NCBI RefSeq assembly: GCF_001194135.2
Contig: NC_068990.1
Location: 20,147,103-20,183,180, forward strand
Direction: 5' to 3'
Source of the DNA: Octopus bimaculoides
Taxonomy: Eukaryota
DNA length: 36,078 nt
Position numbers and translations under genes: made by a program. Below are positions 34,731-36,078 of this stretch, piece by piece (the stretch's first letter is position 1; every line of letters starts with the position of its first letter). A model generated the notes under the pieces. The model was not told where the DNA came from. It made no database searches and was given only the letters and a program-made list of their open reading frames with translations.

Positions 34731-36044
34731 TTATATATATGTGTGTGCTCGTGCGTGTGTGTGTGTTTGTTTGTTTTTTTCTGCTTATGCATTCAAATAA
34801 AGAATGTTTTTCTTTTGTAAAAAAAAAAAATGATAGGCTACTGAGCTTCGTAAAAGCTGAATATAAATTTCACCCAAGAAAAATACACAGTCAGACATTT
34901 TCTTCAAGACATTAAACATGCTTTCTCGTTAATTACTGTGTTTGCTTGAGGGAAGGATTTGATTTGATTTGATTCTCTTTTCCTTTTCAATTTGATTGCG
35001 ATCATATAACCTGTATACACGTTAATGGTTAAATGTCCAAACTATTGTAAGAATGCTCTGTAGAAAAGAGATTATTCATATGAATGCTAATGTCAGTATA
35101 TGCGTGACTTTTATGTGCATGTATGTTTGTGTGAGCTCGCCATGTGTGTGCATAAGCGTGCGTCTCTGAGCGCCTACGCATATTTTTGTGTGTATATAAT
35201 GTATTTGTGTGTGTGTGTGTTTGTGTCAGATGTATTTATGTATATGTAAGTATATTTTCATACAAACACACATATAGAATATATATTTATGAGTGTCTCC
35301 ATCCACATATATATATATATAGAAAGAGATGGGGAAGAGATGCATACATACACGCATACATACATACATACATATGTGTGTGTGTGTGTGTGTGTGTGTG
35401 CGTTTGTATGTGTATATATGTGTATATGTATGCACATAGACGGATATTTAGAATGAGACAAAGATAGATGGGAAAACGCATACACAGACATTTATATACG
35501 TCCTTCCATCTATCCACACATATATACATACACCCTTGCACGCATACATACACAAACATGTTTCGCACATATCTACACAATTCCGTCTGGTTTCCTCAAA
35601 GACAGCCAACAAACAAATATATCCTCGAAGCTGTTTTTCTCCATTTTGCAAGTTACATTAACTCGCAGCCAAAAGACGCAGTGACCCATTTAGAAAAATA
35701 ATTCCAACATAGGCCACGGTTTATGCAGCGATAATGTAATTATATACCATCTAGTTGGAGAACTAATAAAAAGAAAAAACATACACAGAAGAGAAATCGC
35801 GAATCAGACGGAACAACTATATTTCAGTTTGATTTATTTAAAGTTCATACTGTCTGCTGTTCGTCTTTTGTTTCTTTCTTAAATATGTCCCGAAAGTTTC
35901 TGAAGAATTCTGTGTAGACTTTGCTATGTCCTTTTTTGTGTACGTATGTGAATACACGCATACTGACACGCAGAAAGACAAACACTCACACACATACACA
36001 CACACATACGCCAACTGAGACGCATATAAGTAGTTGAAAAACGG

Positions 36045-36078
<34 letters not shown>

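Overview
AT-rich, repeat-dense eukaryotic genomic DNA from a gapped draft assembly (nine N-runs). The SINE families and microsatellite load resemble octopus/cephalopod DNA, but that is pattern recognition, not a search result. I cannot support an intact protein-coding gene. Nearly all ORFs in the track are artefacts of microsatellites or N-runs. What is supported: (1) a full-length but disabled Tc1-like transposon (11750-13017) with 30-bp TIRs, TA flanks and a DD36E catalytic spacing; (2) a 5' mariner fragment (about 3370-3852, minus strand); (3) a Helitron RepHel/Pif1-helicase pseudogene fragment (about 18757-19955) lying between the two halves of a repeat module that occurs uninterrupted just upstream; (4) an orphan, decayed 3' segment of 28S rRNA (about 15091-16070) with a damaged sarcin-ricin loop, followed by possible 3' spacer; (5) a 160-bp fold-back element whose loop carries a hammerhead-ribozyme-like core (2810-2970); (6) an interstitial (TTAGGG)n tract; (7) about 15 tRNA-SINE-like copies of three families; (8) many microsatellites. 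A few weak candidate exons and possible decayed coding blocks are flagged at low confidence.
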